From NCBI RefSeq assembly GCF_964213995.1, contig NW_027590623.1:124001-188000 (forward strand): a stretch of DNA of 64,000 nt, written 5' to 3'. A model generated the notes under the pieces. It was not told the origin of the DNA, ran no database searches, and worked only from the letters and a program-made list of their open reading frames with translations. This DNA comes from Mustelus asterias (taxonomy: Eukaryota). This document shows positions 12,580 to 25,713 of this stretch, piece after piece. Made by a program: the position numbers and the translations under genes. Numbering within the stretch: position 1 is the stretch's first letter; every line of letters starts with the position of its first letter.

Positions 12580-13075
12580 TTTGTGGATTGGACACAGTAA
12601 ATTGCCGATTCCTGTCCAAAGCTGTGTTGGTTCGGTGGATTAAGGTAAATGTGTGGGGTTACGGGGATAGGGCTGGGTCAAGGGCCTTGGTAAGATACTG
12701 TGTCAGAGAGTCAGTACAGACTCGATGGGCTGAATGGTCTCCTTCTGCACTGCAGGGATTCTGTGACTCTCCTATTAAGATCCCTTTGTCATTTGAAGCT
12801 TCCAGCTAAAATGCTGACAATGCTGCCTATTTCTGTGCACTTTGGCAAACGTTCTGTCTCATCACCGGGCGACACGGTGGCACAGTGGTTAGCACTGCTG
12901 ACTCACAGCGCCAGGGATCTGGGTTCGATTCCCCGCCTCGAGTGACTGTCTGTGTGGAGTTTGCACGTTTGCAAAATTGCCCCTTAGTGTCAGGGGGATT
13001 CGGGCCTGGGTGGGATTATTGTCGGGGCAGGCTTGTTGGGCTGAATGGCCTCATTCTGCAGTGTCGGAATTCTAT
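12580..13075 (+). mobile_element. Two partial V-SINE copies
   Basis: tRNA-like head at ~12867 and tails at ~12700-12765 and ~13000-13075. Confidence 0.7.
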
Positions 13076-14214
13076 GGCTCTTGGATCTTAAGTGGTTGAT
13101 AAAGAGTGAAACTGAGACACAAACTGGGGCTTTGCAGCAGCAGACAGAATGGGAATCATTGCATCCTGCAGGGATTTTTATTACAGAATCAATTTCAGAA
13201 AATTTACAACTCACAATTCACAACAGCAAAGTGTGGGATTGCAAACTTGGAATGATTCGCCCAGGACTAAAGTTTAAAAGCTACAGATTGACATTCAGAA
13301 ACAAGAGATGGCCTCACATCTTCAATTCTGTGATTGTCCCCCATCTCCTGCTCTGAATATTACAAAATCTCTGCCCCCTTCATGCGTCTGGAGACTTTGA
13401 AAGTTACGCAGACATTGGTAAAACTTTCCTTTATCTCAAGGCATCTCCTGTGAAATACTCAACTTCTGCAAAGAGACACAATCTAATTGACACTTTCTGA
13501 ATCTCCTTTCAAACAACCTCCCAACCCCACTGTGCAGGATGCAGGAATGTCACCTTTTGTCACATTCCCCAACACAATTGTTGACACGTTTTCGGGACAG
13601 GAAAAGTAGATTCAACTGACAGATTCTGAGCCCCAGGTTGAATCTTTAAGATGTAAAAATGAACTGAAAGCCCAGGTCTCTCTGTTCCTGCAAGTATTTT
13701 AACATTGACCCATTGATTTTAAATTGCTTCTCCTGTGTGTAAAATACCATCCATCAACTTCAGGTTTGAACATTAATAAGTGACTGAGCATCAACTGTGA
13801 ATTATAGAAGGTCGTTCCAAACTAATATCACACCTGGTGTGGCAAAGTGTTCCTGAATTTCACTCCGAAAAGTCGAAAACCCGAAACATTGTCTAAAATC
13901 CAATGTCCCCAAGTCCTGGACTCCCCGACCAGCAGAAAAAGTTGTTCTTTATCAGTCCTCTCCATTTCCCTTCTTATCTTGAAGTGTTTGTGGGAACCTT
14001 GGCCCTCATTACCAATCCCAATCTGTTCCTCTTTCTGTCTCTCCCTCTCTGTCTCTCCCCTAGTTGCAGGACTGGTCCCTAAGGTCCCTTCCAACATGAT
14101 TTACAGACAGTTCAGTCCCACTGGGGAAAGGGCAGATATTGAAACAGGAAATGATCAAATGCTGAGCTGCTCAGGCAGAATCTGTGTTCCAGAGACACAG
14201 AGAATGGGAGCAGA

Positions 14215-14815
14215 GACACACAGACTGACCCACAACACACACATATACACACACACGCACACACACACAACTACATGCACACTCTCATGTATACAGACAC
14301 GGGTACATGCACACACACACACACACACACACAGGTGGCTAGGAACTTGCACATGTGATTTCATGAAGAAATTAGATATAACTTTTGGGGCTGAAGGGAT
14401 CGAGGGATATGGAGGGGAAGGCGGGGGATCAGGATATAGAATTTGATGATCAGCCGTGATCAAAATGAATGGTGGAGCAGGCTCGAAGGGCCGAATGGCC
14501 TCCTCCTGCTTCTCGTTTCTATGTTTCACTCACTAACCCCCATGCAGGCAAACACTGACACACTCACACACAGAATCACACACACAATTTCTCTCACATA
14601 CACACCCACACTCTCACATATAGGCACACAGATGCACACACACCTCCCATGCACAGATACTCACACACGCACATACACACATGCAGAATACACACACACA
14701 CTTTCACACACACCCAAATACACCTGTGCAGACCAGCTCACAGACTGATACACAGCACCCCGATATACACACACTGACACACACACTGACACACACACTG
14801 ATACATACACACACT
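14215..14815. repeat. (CA)-rich tracts interrupted by a LINE tail (~14357-14527)
   Basis: Direct inspection. Confidence 0.8.
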
Positions 14816-15852
14816 GGGTTGATCAGTAAGTTTGCGGACGACACGAGACAAGGTTAACGCTATTAATTAGAAACATTGCACTGATATTTTCCTACAGACT
14901 ACCCTGTGACCGTTCGCCATGAAATGCAATGGTTTACAAAGTTCACTCTCTAAGTCTCTTCTGCCATAACATTGACAATTCATCACAGGTGCTTGTCCTA
15001 AATATACCACTGTTCACAGTGAAATGTCACTTCGCAACATTATTTCCTGTAATTTACAGCTGTCACCTGTGAGAGCGGTGAACTGTAGTTTTATGTAGTT
15101 TCGGTTAAACATAAATTCTTGGAGAGCCACCTGGTGGAATGATCTGTGTAAACACAAATATTCTCGAATATTGCGGTATGATGTTACTAAAATATTACTG
15201 TGCCCGATTATTACGGATGTTATTGCTTTGATTTTATAATTCCTGCTGCTTATGCCTTTTTCATTGTTTTACTTTTGTTACGTTTACTATTTAATATTAA
15301 TTCCGACATTAGTTTCCTCGTTTGCTGCCAACCAAAGTAACTAAAATTGAAACAGTACCATTTAATCTCGAACGAATGTGTGAACAGGGGGTCTATTTAC
15401 ATAATTTGTATGTGTTGGTATTTTAAAGTCGTGATTTCATTGGGATCTTGGCGGATTCATATTGCTAAAACGAGCTTCTTGGTCCAGAATGGCTGAGTCA
15501 TTACAATAAATCGGCAGGGTTTAAAATAAAAGTGGAATTTTCTCTCATGTTCACTGCATTCATAGAAATCATAGAAACCCTACAGTACAGAAAGAGGCCA
15601 TTCGGCCCATCGAGTCTGCACCGACCACAATCCCACCCAGGCCCTACCCCCATATCCCTACATATTTACCCACTAATCCCTCTAACCTACGCATCTCAGG
15701 ACACTAAGGGCAATTTTTAGCATAGCCAATCAACCTAATAATAACAATAATAGCAATAATAACAATATGTGCAAGAATAATGCGGCAAAATCATGTAACA
15801 ACATCTTTCAGGAACTTGAGAATTCGGTGAATTTCCAGGAATTAGCCTTAGA

Positions 15853-15871
15853 TAGCCACTAGATGGAGCTG
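15853..15871 (+). promoter_or_regulatory. CTCF-like motif in repeated intergenic module
   Basis: TAGCCACTAGATGGAGCTG followed by CCTCACCATGTTTGTGTGTTTACTGC; related copies at 28528, 37021 and 47993. Confidence 0.6.
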
Positions 15872-16175
15872 CCTCACCATGTTTGTGTGTTTACTGCTGC
15901 GGGTTACAGTTTCATAAATACATTTATTTGGTATAATGCGGGCAAACGAAGGTATTACACTTTAAAACTTTGTGAGGTCTCAGCAGAATATATTATATTG
16001 CATGAAAATATAAACATTAGCTGGGCAGCAGCTGCGCAAATTTTATTTTTTGCAATCAATACAATTAATGTTAGAAAAATCAAAGCAACTAATTGTTTCC
16101 CTGGAGCTTCACATGAAATATAAATCTTACCACACTCCAGTGTAATGCAGAAAGCACGTAGATTTTCTGATTGAA

Positions 16176-16245
16176 ATGCATATAGCACCAAAAGGTCTGC
16201 TGTTTGCCATTTACTATCCCGTCCTTGCAGCTATCGGGATTCCAG
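16176..16245 (+). pseudogene. Orphan first coding exon of a GPR139/GPR142-like GPCR
   Basis: MHIAPKGLLFAIYYPVLAAIGIP G|gtaag; the YY...G.P TM1 motif with a phase-1 intron matches the GPR139-family exon 1 as I recall it. TATA-like ATATAAA at ~16118. No exon 2 found. Confidence 0.6.
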
Positions 16246-16754
16246 GTAAGGTCTGTTAGTTCGCTTTATCTCATTAATGACCCTCTCGTAATGTAATGCA
16301 GGCTAATAATAGGAATATTCTTTTTACGGTATAAGTGATACATTTGCTCATTGACCTATATGAATTCTAATGATTTACTGATGTAACTTCCACTCTTTTA
16401 GAGTTTCATGTTTCACTTTTTGGCATTACTTCCCGAATTTTTTCCTCCCTCCAACAGTGTCTTCCATTTATCTCTACACTCTCACATGTAAAGTGCACTC
16501 TTGGTGTTATTGGAAATACTGCCGTGGGAGTATTATTTTTAGGTTGTGGGTTGCAAAAATTGTCCATTTGGCATTACTGGTGTTGATGAATTCTCACTTG
16601 GATATCACTGCATCCGTACAAATGGCTGGCGCTATGTTTGTGGGTGAATTCCGACATTTGCATCACTGTTAAATTATTGATCTTGTTTATCGCTGACATT
16701 GACAGTGACGAAGTAAATTGCATAACTGGTTCAAGGTTTGAGGGATTAGTAATA

Positions 16755-17103
16755 TAGGTTTATAAAATGATGAAGGGGATAGATAGAGTGAACGTTCAAA
16801 GACTATTTCCTCGGGTGGATGGAGCTATTACAAGGGGGCATAACTATAGGGTTCATGGTGGAGATACAGGAAGGATGTCCGAGGAGGTTCTTTATTCAGA
16901 GAGTGGTTGGGGTGTGGAATGGACTGCCTGCAGCGATAGTGGAGACAGACACTTGAGGAACATTTAAGCGGTTATTGGATAGGCACATGGAGCACACCAG
17001 GATGATAGGGAGTGGGATAGCTTGATCTTGGTTTCAGATAAAGCTCGGCACAACATCGTGGGCCGAAGGGCCTGTACTGTGCTGCACTGTTCTATGTTCT
17101 ATA
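16755..17103 (+). mobile_element. CR1-type LINE 3' fragment
   Basis: Near-identical to 5052-5405. Confidence 0.85.
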
Positions 17104-17390
17104 CACCCTGAATCCACTCAACATCAAAATCTGAGCGTGTAATTAAAAAGCATTTGCCGACAAGACGGCGCCAAATTCAAACCCCAGCGTCACAACTTAA
17201 ACCTGTGTGGATGGTAGGCTCGTGAGGTCACGATGGACTCCTCCCCCCCCGCTCCCCAACCCCCACCGCCCTCTCTCTCTCTCTCTCACACACACACACT
17301 CACTGCAATCAGCTGAACCAAGCCCGGGTTCTCTCCTTCTCAGTCTCTGACTCATTCCATTCCCAGTCACTGAGGGGGATTCACTCAGAC

Positions 17391-17881
17391 ATGTTTCTGC
17401 TCATACTGGCGGCGCTCTTGCACAGTAAGTACTGGAAAACGTTCATCAAACCAGATAAACATATTGATGGCAACTTAATTAACCATCTGAAATATCCCTG
17501 TAATGCATAGAATGGAGGTTCCACAAACTATCGCAGATACAAGCACATTTACATTAACTCTTGACATTTAATTCCTCTATCTTCGCAGGCGGACTGTGCG
17601 CAGATCCAGTAACTCAGTCACCGGTGACAATAACCGCATCAGAAGGGGGTTCGGTGCAGTTGGATTGTAACTAGACAGACAAGGATATGTACAGCATGCA
17701 ATGGTATCAGCAGAAACCCGCACAACCACCGACATGGATTATTTCTAAAATATTAGCAACGAAGGATGATGAAGTTTCAGGACGATACCTGGCGGCTGCT
17801 GACAGGTCGAAGCAGAACGGTTACCTCAATATCAGCGCCCTCAGTGTGGAGGACGGGGCGGTCTATTACTGTGCAGTGAGG
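17391..17881 (+). pseudogene. TCR V with a single nonsense codon (L 17391-17424, V 17589-17881)
   Basis: Leader MFLLILAALLH with intact splice sites; DPVTQSP...LDCN*(TAG 17672-17674)...QWYQQKP...DGAVYYCAVR. RSS: CACAGCG 17882-17888, 23 bp, ACAAAAACC 17912-17920. Confidence 0.9.
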
Positions 17882-18339
17882 CACAGCGTTAGATTCCAGC
17901 TAAACCCCCGTACAAAAACCTCAGCGAGTATTTACAGCTCCACTAAGTTTCCTTCTGCGCGAATGCGGTCCGGTGTATTTACCGGGTATTTTGTCCTGAT
18001 TGAGATCGGCAGTGGAGCGGTTTGGGAAAACTCGATGCTAATCCCAATGCCGCGATTTATGTAGTAAACAGAAACAATGAGTATCTCGCTACCAGCTCAA
18101 GGATGCACTTAGAAGTGGAGTTAATATGGCAGAAAATTTGCAGGCTGTTCTTTCTGAATTGTTAGCTCCAATAAGCCCAAGGACATCTGTCACAAAATGC
18201 AGAACAGACAAAAATCTACTGTCGTATTTAACAAATGAGATGTCGAATAGCCGCCACAGAGACTCACCCAGCAACACGACTATTATTACAACTCTGGGAC
18301 ACAGAAACTCACCCAACAGCACGAAGATAGTCGAGTGTA

Positions 18340-18700
18340 TTGTGTGGTGGTGAGCTGCCTTCCTGAAGCTCTGCGGTCCCTGAGGTGCAGGTACACCCAC
18401 TGTGCTGTTAGTGAGGGAGTTCCAGGGTTTGACCCAGTGACGGTGAAGGAACAGCGATATATTTCCAAGAAAGGATGTGGAATAACTTGGAAGGGAATCT
18501 CTAGGTGGTGATGTTCCCATGTGCCCGCTGCCCTTGTCCTCCTAAATGGCAGTGGTCGTGTTTTTGGATTGTGCTGCCTAAAAAAAGTTTAGTGAGTTGC
18601 TGCAGTGCTTCAGTAGGTGTTGCACACGGCTGCCACTGTTCGTCGGTGGTGGCAGGAATGGATGTTTACGGAATGGTGAACAATCAAGCGGACTGCTTTG
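18340..18700 (-). mobile_element. LINE 3' fragment
   Basis: Minus strand encodes ...PWNSLTNSTVGVP..QG...FRKAAHHH, typical of a CR1/L2-type ORF2 C-terminus. Confidence 0.6.
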
Positions 18701-19395
18701 TCCTGTATCATGCAATGGTTCAAAGAGATGCAAAAGGGCATCGTGGACAGGCCTCCATACACAAAGTGTGTTTATAATCTGTACATCACTCCCACAAGGG
18801 AAGCTAAACAAAGAGATGATGCAGAAAGAAATGGATGGAAATTCTGAGAGATTGAGACGAAGTCAGGCGAATTACGCTCTCGAGGATGTAAAACAGACAG
18901 ATCAATTTTGTAGAAAGTTTATTTTTCTAAGGTCTGTACTCCAACTTTTTGTATGTGATACTAACCACTAATTGTCACATTTCAGTTCAGTTGATTATTT
19001 GCAGTTTTTTAACCGTGTGTTCCAGATCAGAGCGATGGAGATTCTGTTACTCAGCGGGAATCCTCACTCACACCGCCAGAGGGAAAATAGACAAGGATCC
19101 TTCGAATATTGACTCACCGAATAGCACGATGATTTCAATCTGGAAGCACCGTGGAACACGTGCTCCCCGGATGACATTTCCACAGAAAATAATCGAACTT
19201 AAATGTATTTTGTCCCTTCTCTTTTGATATTAAACAGTAAACCCAAATCAGGGACAGGTCTCGCTGATCGGGTGACTGTGGCGCGTATCCAAGGGAGAGA
19301 GTGATTAAAGTCCCAGCTCTCTACACAGGCTGTACACGTTCCGGGTGATCGCGGCAGGTTTTTGTACGGCCCTGTACGGTCTTTGCTACACTGTG

Positions 19396-19898
19396 CCTCC
19401 ATCGCACAGAAATAGGTGGCGGTGTCTGTCAGCCGAGCTTCACTAACATTCAGAACGCTGCGTTTCTCTGAGAAACTGTACTGAGCCGTGATCCTGCCCT
19501 GATCGCTGGTACCGCTCACCAGGTGCTGCACGGTTCTGTCTGGATTTTGTCTGTACCATTGAAGGATCTTTCCAGTTACTGTAGCTGAACAGTTCAACGA
19601 TGCAGTGGCTCCCTCGGTAACAACCACTGACTCCGGAGACTGTGATAGCTCTTCACTGCCAGCGGCATCTGGGAAGAATATGTACATTTGCAGTAAGAAC
19701 ATATCGTACTATAATGTAGCACAATAAAGTACCATTGTATTCACAATTCGAGATAATACAATAAAGCTGAGTACAATTTAACAGAACATAACATTGCTGA
19801 GGTGTGAAATATTGCTGTCAGAAATAGTGACCACACTTACACTGAGGGAACAGTAAGAAATCCAGGAAAATAATCACCAAAGTGAAGCTCAGGAACAT
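19396..19898 (-). CDS. TCR alpha/delta V segment, open (L 19898-19841, V 19668-19396)
   Basis: Leader MFLSFTLVIIFLDFLLFPQ; EELSQSP...LNC...QWYRQNP...DTATYFCAME. Consensus RSS: CACAGTG 19395-19389, 23 bp, ACAAAAACC 19365-19357. Confidence 0.92.
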
Positions 19899-20114
19899 GT
19901 TGGATCCTATCGGCTTGTGTGAAACAGCTGTCAGCAGATCCCAGGCTGAGAGAAGCTCCTGGGAAAGCAATGCTATTGGATATCAAACCGAGCCCCAAAC
20001 CAGTCACAGAGTGTCGGTGAGAGCCGGGTCGCTGGGACTTGTGATCACAAAGTGAATCAGTGAGGGAGCTTCAGCATTGATAGTGCGGGGGAGGAGAGTG
20101 CGCATGCGACAGAG

Positions 20115-20243
20115 CATCCGGTATTGTGACGTCAGAACATCCGGCATTGTGACGTCAGAACATCCGGCATTCTGACGTCAGAACATCCGGCATTCTGACG
20201 TCAGAACATCCGGCATTCTGACGTCAGAGCATCCGCGGCATTG
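20115..20243. repeat. 23-bp tandem repeat (5 copies plus partial), each with a CRE and an ETS-like site
   Basis: CATCCGGCATT(G/C)TGACGTCAGAA units starting at 20115, 20138, 20161, 20184 and 20207. Confidence 0.92.
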
Positions 20244-20249
20244 GAACCT

Positions 20250-20572
20250 CATAGAATCATAGAATGCCTACAGTGCAGAAGGAGACCATTCGGCCCATTG
20301 AACCCGCACCGACCACAGCCCCACCCAGGCCCTCTCCCCGTAACCTCACATCTTTACCCCACGAATCCCGCTGACAGGAGGGAGCAATTCAACATGGCCA
20401 GTCAACCTAACCCGCACATCTTGGGACTGTGGGAGGAAACCGGAGCACCCGGAGGGAACCCACGCAGACACGGGGAGAACATCCAAACTCCAGACAGACG
20501 GTGACCCGAGGCTGGAATCGAACCGGGGGCGCTGTGAGGCAGCTGTGCTAACCACTGTGGCACCGTGACGCC
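20250..20572 (-). mobile_element. Full-length V-SINE inserted in the CRE array
   Basis: Head, core and tail present; degenerate CRE units resume at 20574-20695. Confidence 0.85.
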
Positions 20573-21446
20573 CAACGTCAGACGTCAGAACATCGTGTAT
20601 TGTGACGTCGGAATGCGGATATGTGTGGCGTCAGAATGTGTGACGTTACCCTGTAGCCCATGTGACGTCACTGTGAATTGCGAGTGACGTCAGTGGGTCT
20701 GGATTGTGGGTCAGAGACATCTCTCCTGGAGCTGATCTGAATATTCAGCCCTGAGTTGATGGGAATTAACAGCTGATCTGAAACATCTCTCCCGGAGCTG
20801 ATGTGAATATCCAGCCCTGAGGTTGCGGAATTAAGATCTAATCAGAAGCAGGGAGTCCTGCCTTCATGTGGGCCAGTGGTACAAGCAACACCGGGATCCA
20901 CAGCCAAGGCTTATGAGAAAAAGCTCTGTTTTGAAACAAATATAAGGAAGGTTTTGCTAATACAGGTCTCCCAGTAGAATCTATCTGCCAGTTAAGCTTC
21001 CTTTTCTGCTTCCCATAAATTGTTTATTCCTTTGAAACCAAGGTTTGATGTTCAGGTCAACTCCGGGAAAGTGTTTCCGCCGGCAGAACATTGGAAAAGA
21101 CAAGCGTCTACTTTAGGAGGGGAGAGTGCAATGGAAAGATTAGATTAATTGATTACTCTGCGATTTGTTAAACTTGGAAGGTGGTCATCGGATCCCGACA
21201 GTGCAAAAGGAGGCCATTCGGCCCATCAAGTCTGCACCGACTATTATCGAGGCCCTATCCCTGCGGTGTCTAAAGAGATGGCGGAAGAAGAGATAATAGT
21301 AAGTTTTAGAAGGAAATGAGAGATAAGTTGAAAGCAGAAAAATGTCCGTGACTGTGAGAGATTCGAGGTTTGAAAGATGAATTGAAGAAATCTGTCAACT
21401 CTGAAATCTGTTAGGCAAAGATACCATGGGCCGAGTGGCCTCATCT

Positions 21447-22057
21447 GCAGCCGCTGTCTGTGAAACAGAATCTCCTCGGGAATGTCCTGTAAGAGTCCAA
21501 AGAAATATTAAATTAAACATTGCAATTTCACTCAGTTTTCCCAGAATTTGCCCGTTATTGGCAAAAATAATCTCAGAGAAAAATCAGACAGCAAAACAGA
21601 AACATATTTTTCACAGTTCAGTGGCTGGAAAGGGAAGACGTTTGTGGCGATTAAATAAAACTTCCACCATAAACATTCTCTTCTTTCTAACGAGATCAGT
21701 TCCTCGTCTTCAGTCCCTGTAACTGGAAACTGCTCACGGTCTGTTTGAAATGTGATGTTTGCCAAAGTGATTCACTGGTATCAGAGGAGCTTGAATCTGA
21801 GCCCAACTCATTCTCTATCAATCCCTGGGGGAAATGTGCCCAATCCCAACAGTGTTCAGTGATGAGACCAGAGAGCTCCAAATAACTTTTCGATGTTGTG
21901 ATCAATCCATTCCCTGATCAACACCCTTGCATTGAGCGAACCGCCCGACAGAATATAGTGTGTGGTAATGGTGTGTAACACAGAGTGAGCAACTTGTGAA
22001 CTTACCGATTAACAGAGCTGCCGCTGTGAGGAATAAATACAGAGTAACAAGACACAT
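21447..22057 (-). pseudogene. Truncated TCR V (L 22057-22006; V exon 21486 to ~21447 only)
   Basis: Leader MCLVTLYLFLTAAALLI, long intron paralogous to 41997-42534, then GHSRGDSVSQTAA and a break. Confidence 0.8.
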
Positions 22058-22962
22058 GATTGCAGAGCTCGCAGCGAATTTGACCAGAACGAGTTGAAGC
22101 TGAATTTGTGTCGGTCAAGAGTTGGGAAAAGGGTGAGTCATATCCGGCTCCCTGTTGATTGGCTTACTGTTGAGAACGTCATCAGATGACATCCAATCGG
22201 CATCAATCTCCTATGTTCTTCAGTTCAACCAATGACCTCACAGTTCCTTTATCTGCAATTCATCCTATTGGCGGAGGGACGAAAGGAACAAAGTAAAGTT
22301 GATCATCCCACGACAGGGGATTACTTTCCCCTTCAACCGTCATTTCAGGAACCGACCGGTCCCCTGAGTCCTGATGGCTCTGTTCTGACATGGAGAATGA
22401 CAATATCCATCCTCACAGCAACATAACAAGCAGTTTGTTATTAATCATGTTTGGGATATCAGCTATAGCGCGGGGGAGGATGATGCTTTAGTCAAAACAT
22501 CTACCTGATAAGAAGTGACAGAACAATGAATGGTCTGAGATATTTCCATATGATGTTCTCTCAATTTGTAATTTTGCAGTCTGTCAAATCCTCTTTCAGA
22601 GTGGAAATATAGCTTGCCTCCCCATTGGACTGCTGATCCAATCAGTGCCAAACAGGGAAAAGCAGCAAAGATCAATATCTCCAATGAAATATCCAAGAAA
22701 ACAGCAAAGGAGAGACGGGTCAGAGTGCGAACAACACAGGAAAACTGTGGGTGGGGCTACCATAGGCAGTGTGGTGACAGCTAGGATTTATCTGCAAGGA
22801 GCTGAACTCAATAACAATGTCAAATTGGAAATTCTGTAACTTTGCCTCTCTATATGAGAGGCAGCTGAATGTCCATTCCATACTGCGGACCAGCATTCTT
22901 GCACCAGGAGTATCGGGTTAGTAAGTGATTCAGTACAAAGCGAAATCCTCATCAGTGATGTT

Positions 22963-23262
22963 TGGACCTGGGTTCGATTCCCGGCTTGGGTCACTGTCTG
23001 TGTAGAGTTTGCACATTCTCCTCGTGTCTGCGTGGGTTTCCTCTGGGTGCTCCGGTTTCCTCCCACAGTCCAAAGATGTGCGGGTTAGGTTGATTGGCCA
23101 TGCTAAAATTGCCCCTTAGTGTCCTGGGATGTGTAGATTAGAGGGATTAGCGGGTAAAATATGTAGGAATCTGGGGGTAGGGCCTGGGTGGGATTGTGGT
23201 CGGTGCAGACTAGATGGGCCGAATGGCCTCTTTCTGTATTGTACGGTTTCTATGATTTCTAT
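22963..23262 (+). mobile_element. V-SINE lacking its head
   Basis: The mirror copy 53268-53617 is full length. Confidence 0.85.
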
Positions 23263-23446
23263 GAGAAAGGCATCGAAAACGAAAAAAAAAGGTGTTGCAG
23301 TGATATTGCAAATGTAAGTTCCGATCATTAACTAATGTAATTGCAACTGGACCACACCAGTTGCTGTTTTTGAGAGTTGTCTTTTGTTGCAATGTTAAGA
23401 ATCTCCGTCACTCTCTCTGTGGAAACTGAATTACCCGCGTGTGTGC

Positions 23447-23465
23447 GCGCGCACCCTGCTGGGCA
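23447..23465 (-). promoter_or_regulatory. RSS-adjacent CTCF-like motif
   Basis: TGCCCAGCAGGGTGCGCGC, 22 bp past the nonamer and preceded by GCAGTTCC. Confidence 0.5.
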
Positions 23466-23527
23466 CTAACTGGAACTGCCTGTGTGGGGTTTTTGTACGG
23501 CAATCGCTATATCTCTGCAGCAGTGTG

Positions 23528-24025
23528 GGTTTCATGGCACAGAAGTACACGGCGCTGTCGGAAATCAGTGTGTTACTGATCGTCAGCTCGGTAGTCTTGT
23601 TCTTTTTATCAAATTTGGAAGAAAACCGGTCATTGAGGTCGGGATTCTTTTGCACATTCTCTCCAATAAGCTGAAACATGTACACTGGAGCTTTCCCGGG
23701 CTGCTGACTGTACCAGTACACATAAGGGCTGGAATCGCTTGTTTTCAAAGTGCAGGTTAGTGTGACATCATTTTCCTCTTTAACCTTTATTACAGGATCC
23801 AATTGTTCCACTTCGTCTTGGTGGCTCCATTCTAACAGAAACAACAGCAATATGACAATCAGAGTTAGCCTCAGATTAAACGATACAATTATCATCATCA
23901 CTATTGTTTTATCAACAAGAATATCTGGGTTACAGCAGTCAGGAGGAGCATGTAGTTTTACTGGGAAGAAAATACTTACTGAGAAGTGAGAGAATGATGA
24001 GGATCGGAGTGAAATAGTTCACCAT
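23528..24025 (-). CDS. TCR alpha/delta V segment, open (L 24025-23980, V 23831-23528)
   Basis: Leader MVNYFTPILIILSLL; QDEVEQ...LTC...YWYSQQPGK...DSAVYFCAMKP. RSS: CACACTG 23527-23521, 24-bp spacer, ACAAAAACC 23496-23488. Confidence 0.92.
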
Positions 24026-25713
24026 GATGCTTCCTGAGTCTGTAACTCTGCAATGAGTGAAATCCTGTCAGAGACAGAAAGACACTGTTCCACTGCACTG
24101 CTGATCCAACCAATGAGAGGAATGGAGCAGCGGCAGCAATCCGTCCAATCACACAATAGGTTCAGAGTGAGAGCAGAAAACGGAAGTCGTGGGCGGGGAT
24201 GCAGTAGACAAAATATTGAGTGAAGTGTGCGGCAGATTCAGCTGCACCCGGAACGGAAATAGCGAGACTTCCATCTCCGGAATCTGTCACCATTCTGCAC
24301 CTGCTCACTGTCCAAGTGACTGAGAAGAAATAGAGAGGGAGGGGCAAAACGGGGCCAGGGACATGGACAAAATAGAAACATAGCGTATCAATGCAGGAGA
24401 TGTGGCCACTCGGCCCATGGTATCTTTGCCTGACAGAATGCAGAATTGATGTGGAGAATTCAGAATTACAGAATTCTTCAATTCAGCTTTCAAACCCCGC
24501 ATCTCTCACAGTGACTGCACTTTTCTGCTTTCAACTTATCTCCCATTCCCTTCTGAAACTTACTGTTATCTCTTCTTCCGCCATCTCTTTCGACACCGCA
24601 GGGATAGGGCCTAGATAAGAGTCGGTGCAGTCTTGATGGGCCGAATGGCCTCCTTTTGCACTGTCGGGATCCGATGACCACCTTCCAAGTTTAACAAATC
24701 GCAGAGTAATCAATTAATCTAATCTTTCCATTGCCCTCTCCCCTCCTAAAGTAGACGCTTGTGTTTTCCAAAGTTCTGCCGGCGGAAACTGTGACATGCG
24801 ATTTACTTTAACAAAACCACATGATGTTGAGCACCTCAGTTCGGTCTCTGTTCTACCTCCTTTGATATTAAGAGATGAACTCCTGTGTCACAGTGGATCG
24901 CGTCTGTGCCTCTGAGGCAGAAACTTCGGCTTCAATTCGAAAGCCAGTACCTGATAGCTGAGGATATTTATTGGAGCCTCAGCCATTACTATCCACAACT
25001 CCAGACAATAACATGGAAAAAAAGTGAACAGAGTACATAAGAAGATGTGCGGGTTAGGTTGATTGGCCAGGTTAAAAATTGCCCCTTAGAGTCCTGAGAT
25101 GCGTAAGTGAGAGGGATTAGCGGGTAAATATGTGGGGGTAGGGCCTGGGTGGGATTGTGGTCGGTGCAGACTCGATGGGCCGAATGGCCTCCTTCTGCAC
25201 TGTAGGGTTTCTATTCTATAAGAGTTTTGCCGCTGTAACTCAGACTGCTCCGAGGGAATGGTTTGAACGGAGGACAGGTTGTTATAGGAGCACAGAGCCC
25301 TATTCCAATTCGGGCTGTGATGTATTTCAAACTCGCCTCCTTGTCCTTCGCGTGGTTCAGTTCATCGCGCTATGGGTCGGACCTGTCTCTTTGCAGAGAA
25401 CTCCAGAAGAATTGCAGTTTGCATAGTCCATCTGCATCGCAATTCCTCATCCCTGGCATTATTCTGGTGTATTGCCGCCGCCCTTATTCCAAAGTCATTA
25501 CCCGCTTTCGAATCGTTTACCCAAGATTGTACACAGAGTCCTTGTTACCGTTAAACGAAGATGTCTGCGGTTTTAGAATCATAGAATCATAGATTTATTG
25601 GTTTACAAATCAAAGCAGAAATATCAGACAACATCTTCCAGATATTTAAATTGGACCTAATGATACATAGTCCTTGCTGTTTTTCCTGGTAAGCCAGAAA
25701 GTGGTATAAAAGT

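Noticed and set aside
16457-16672. Exon 2 of the GPR139-like gene
   Set aside because: A plausible acceptor exists, but the peptide has no GPCR motifs.
20115-20243. CRISPR-like array
   Set aside because: Units are contiguous with no unique spacers, there are no cas genes, and the context is vertebrate.
23431-23901. Single-exon leader suggested by the ORF track (MMMIIVSF...), also at 52620, 29479, 38356 and 41632
   Set aside because: The N-termini are translated intron; true leader exons with GT/AG sites lie upstream.
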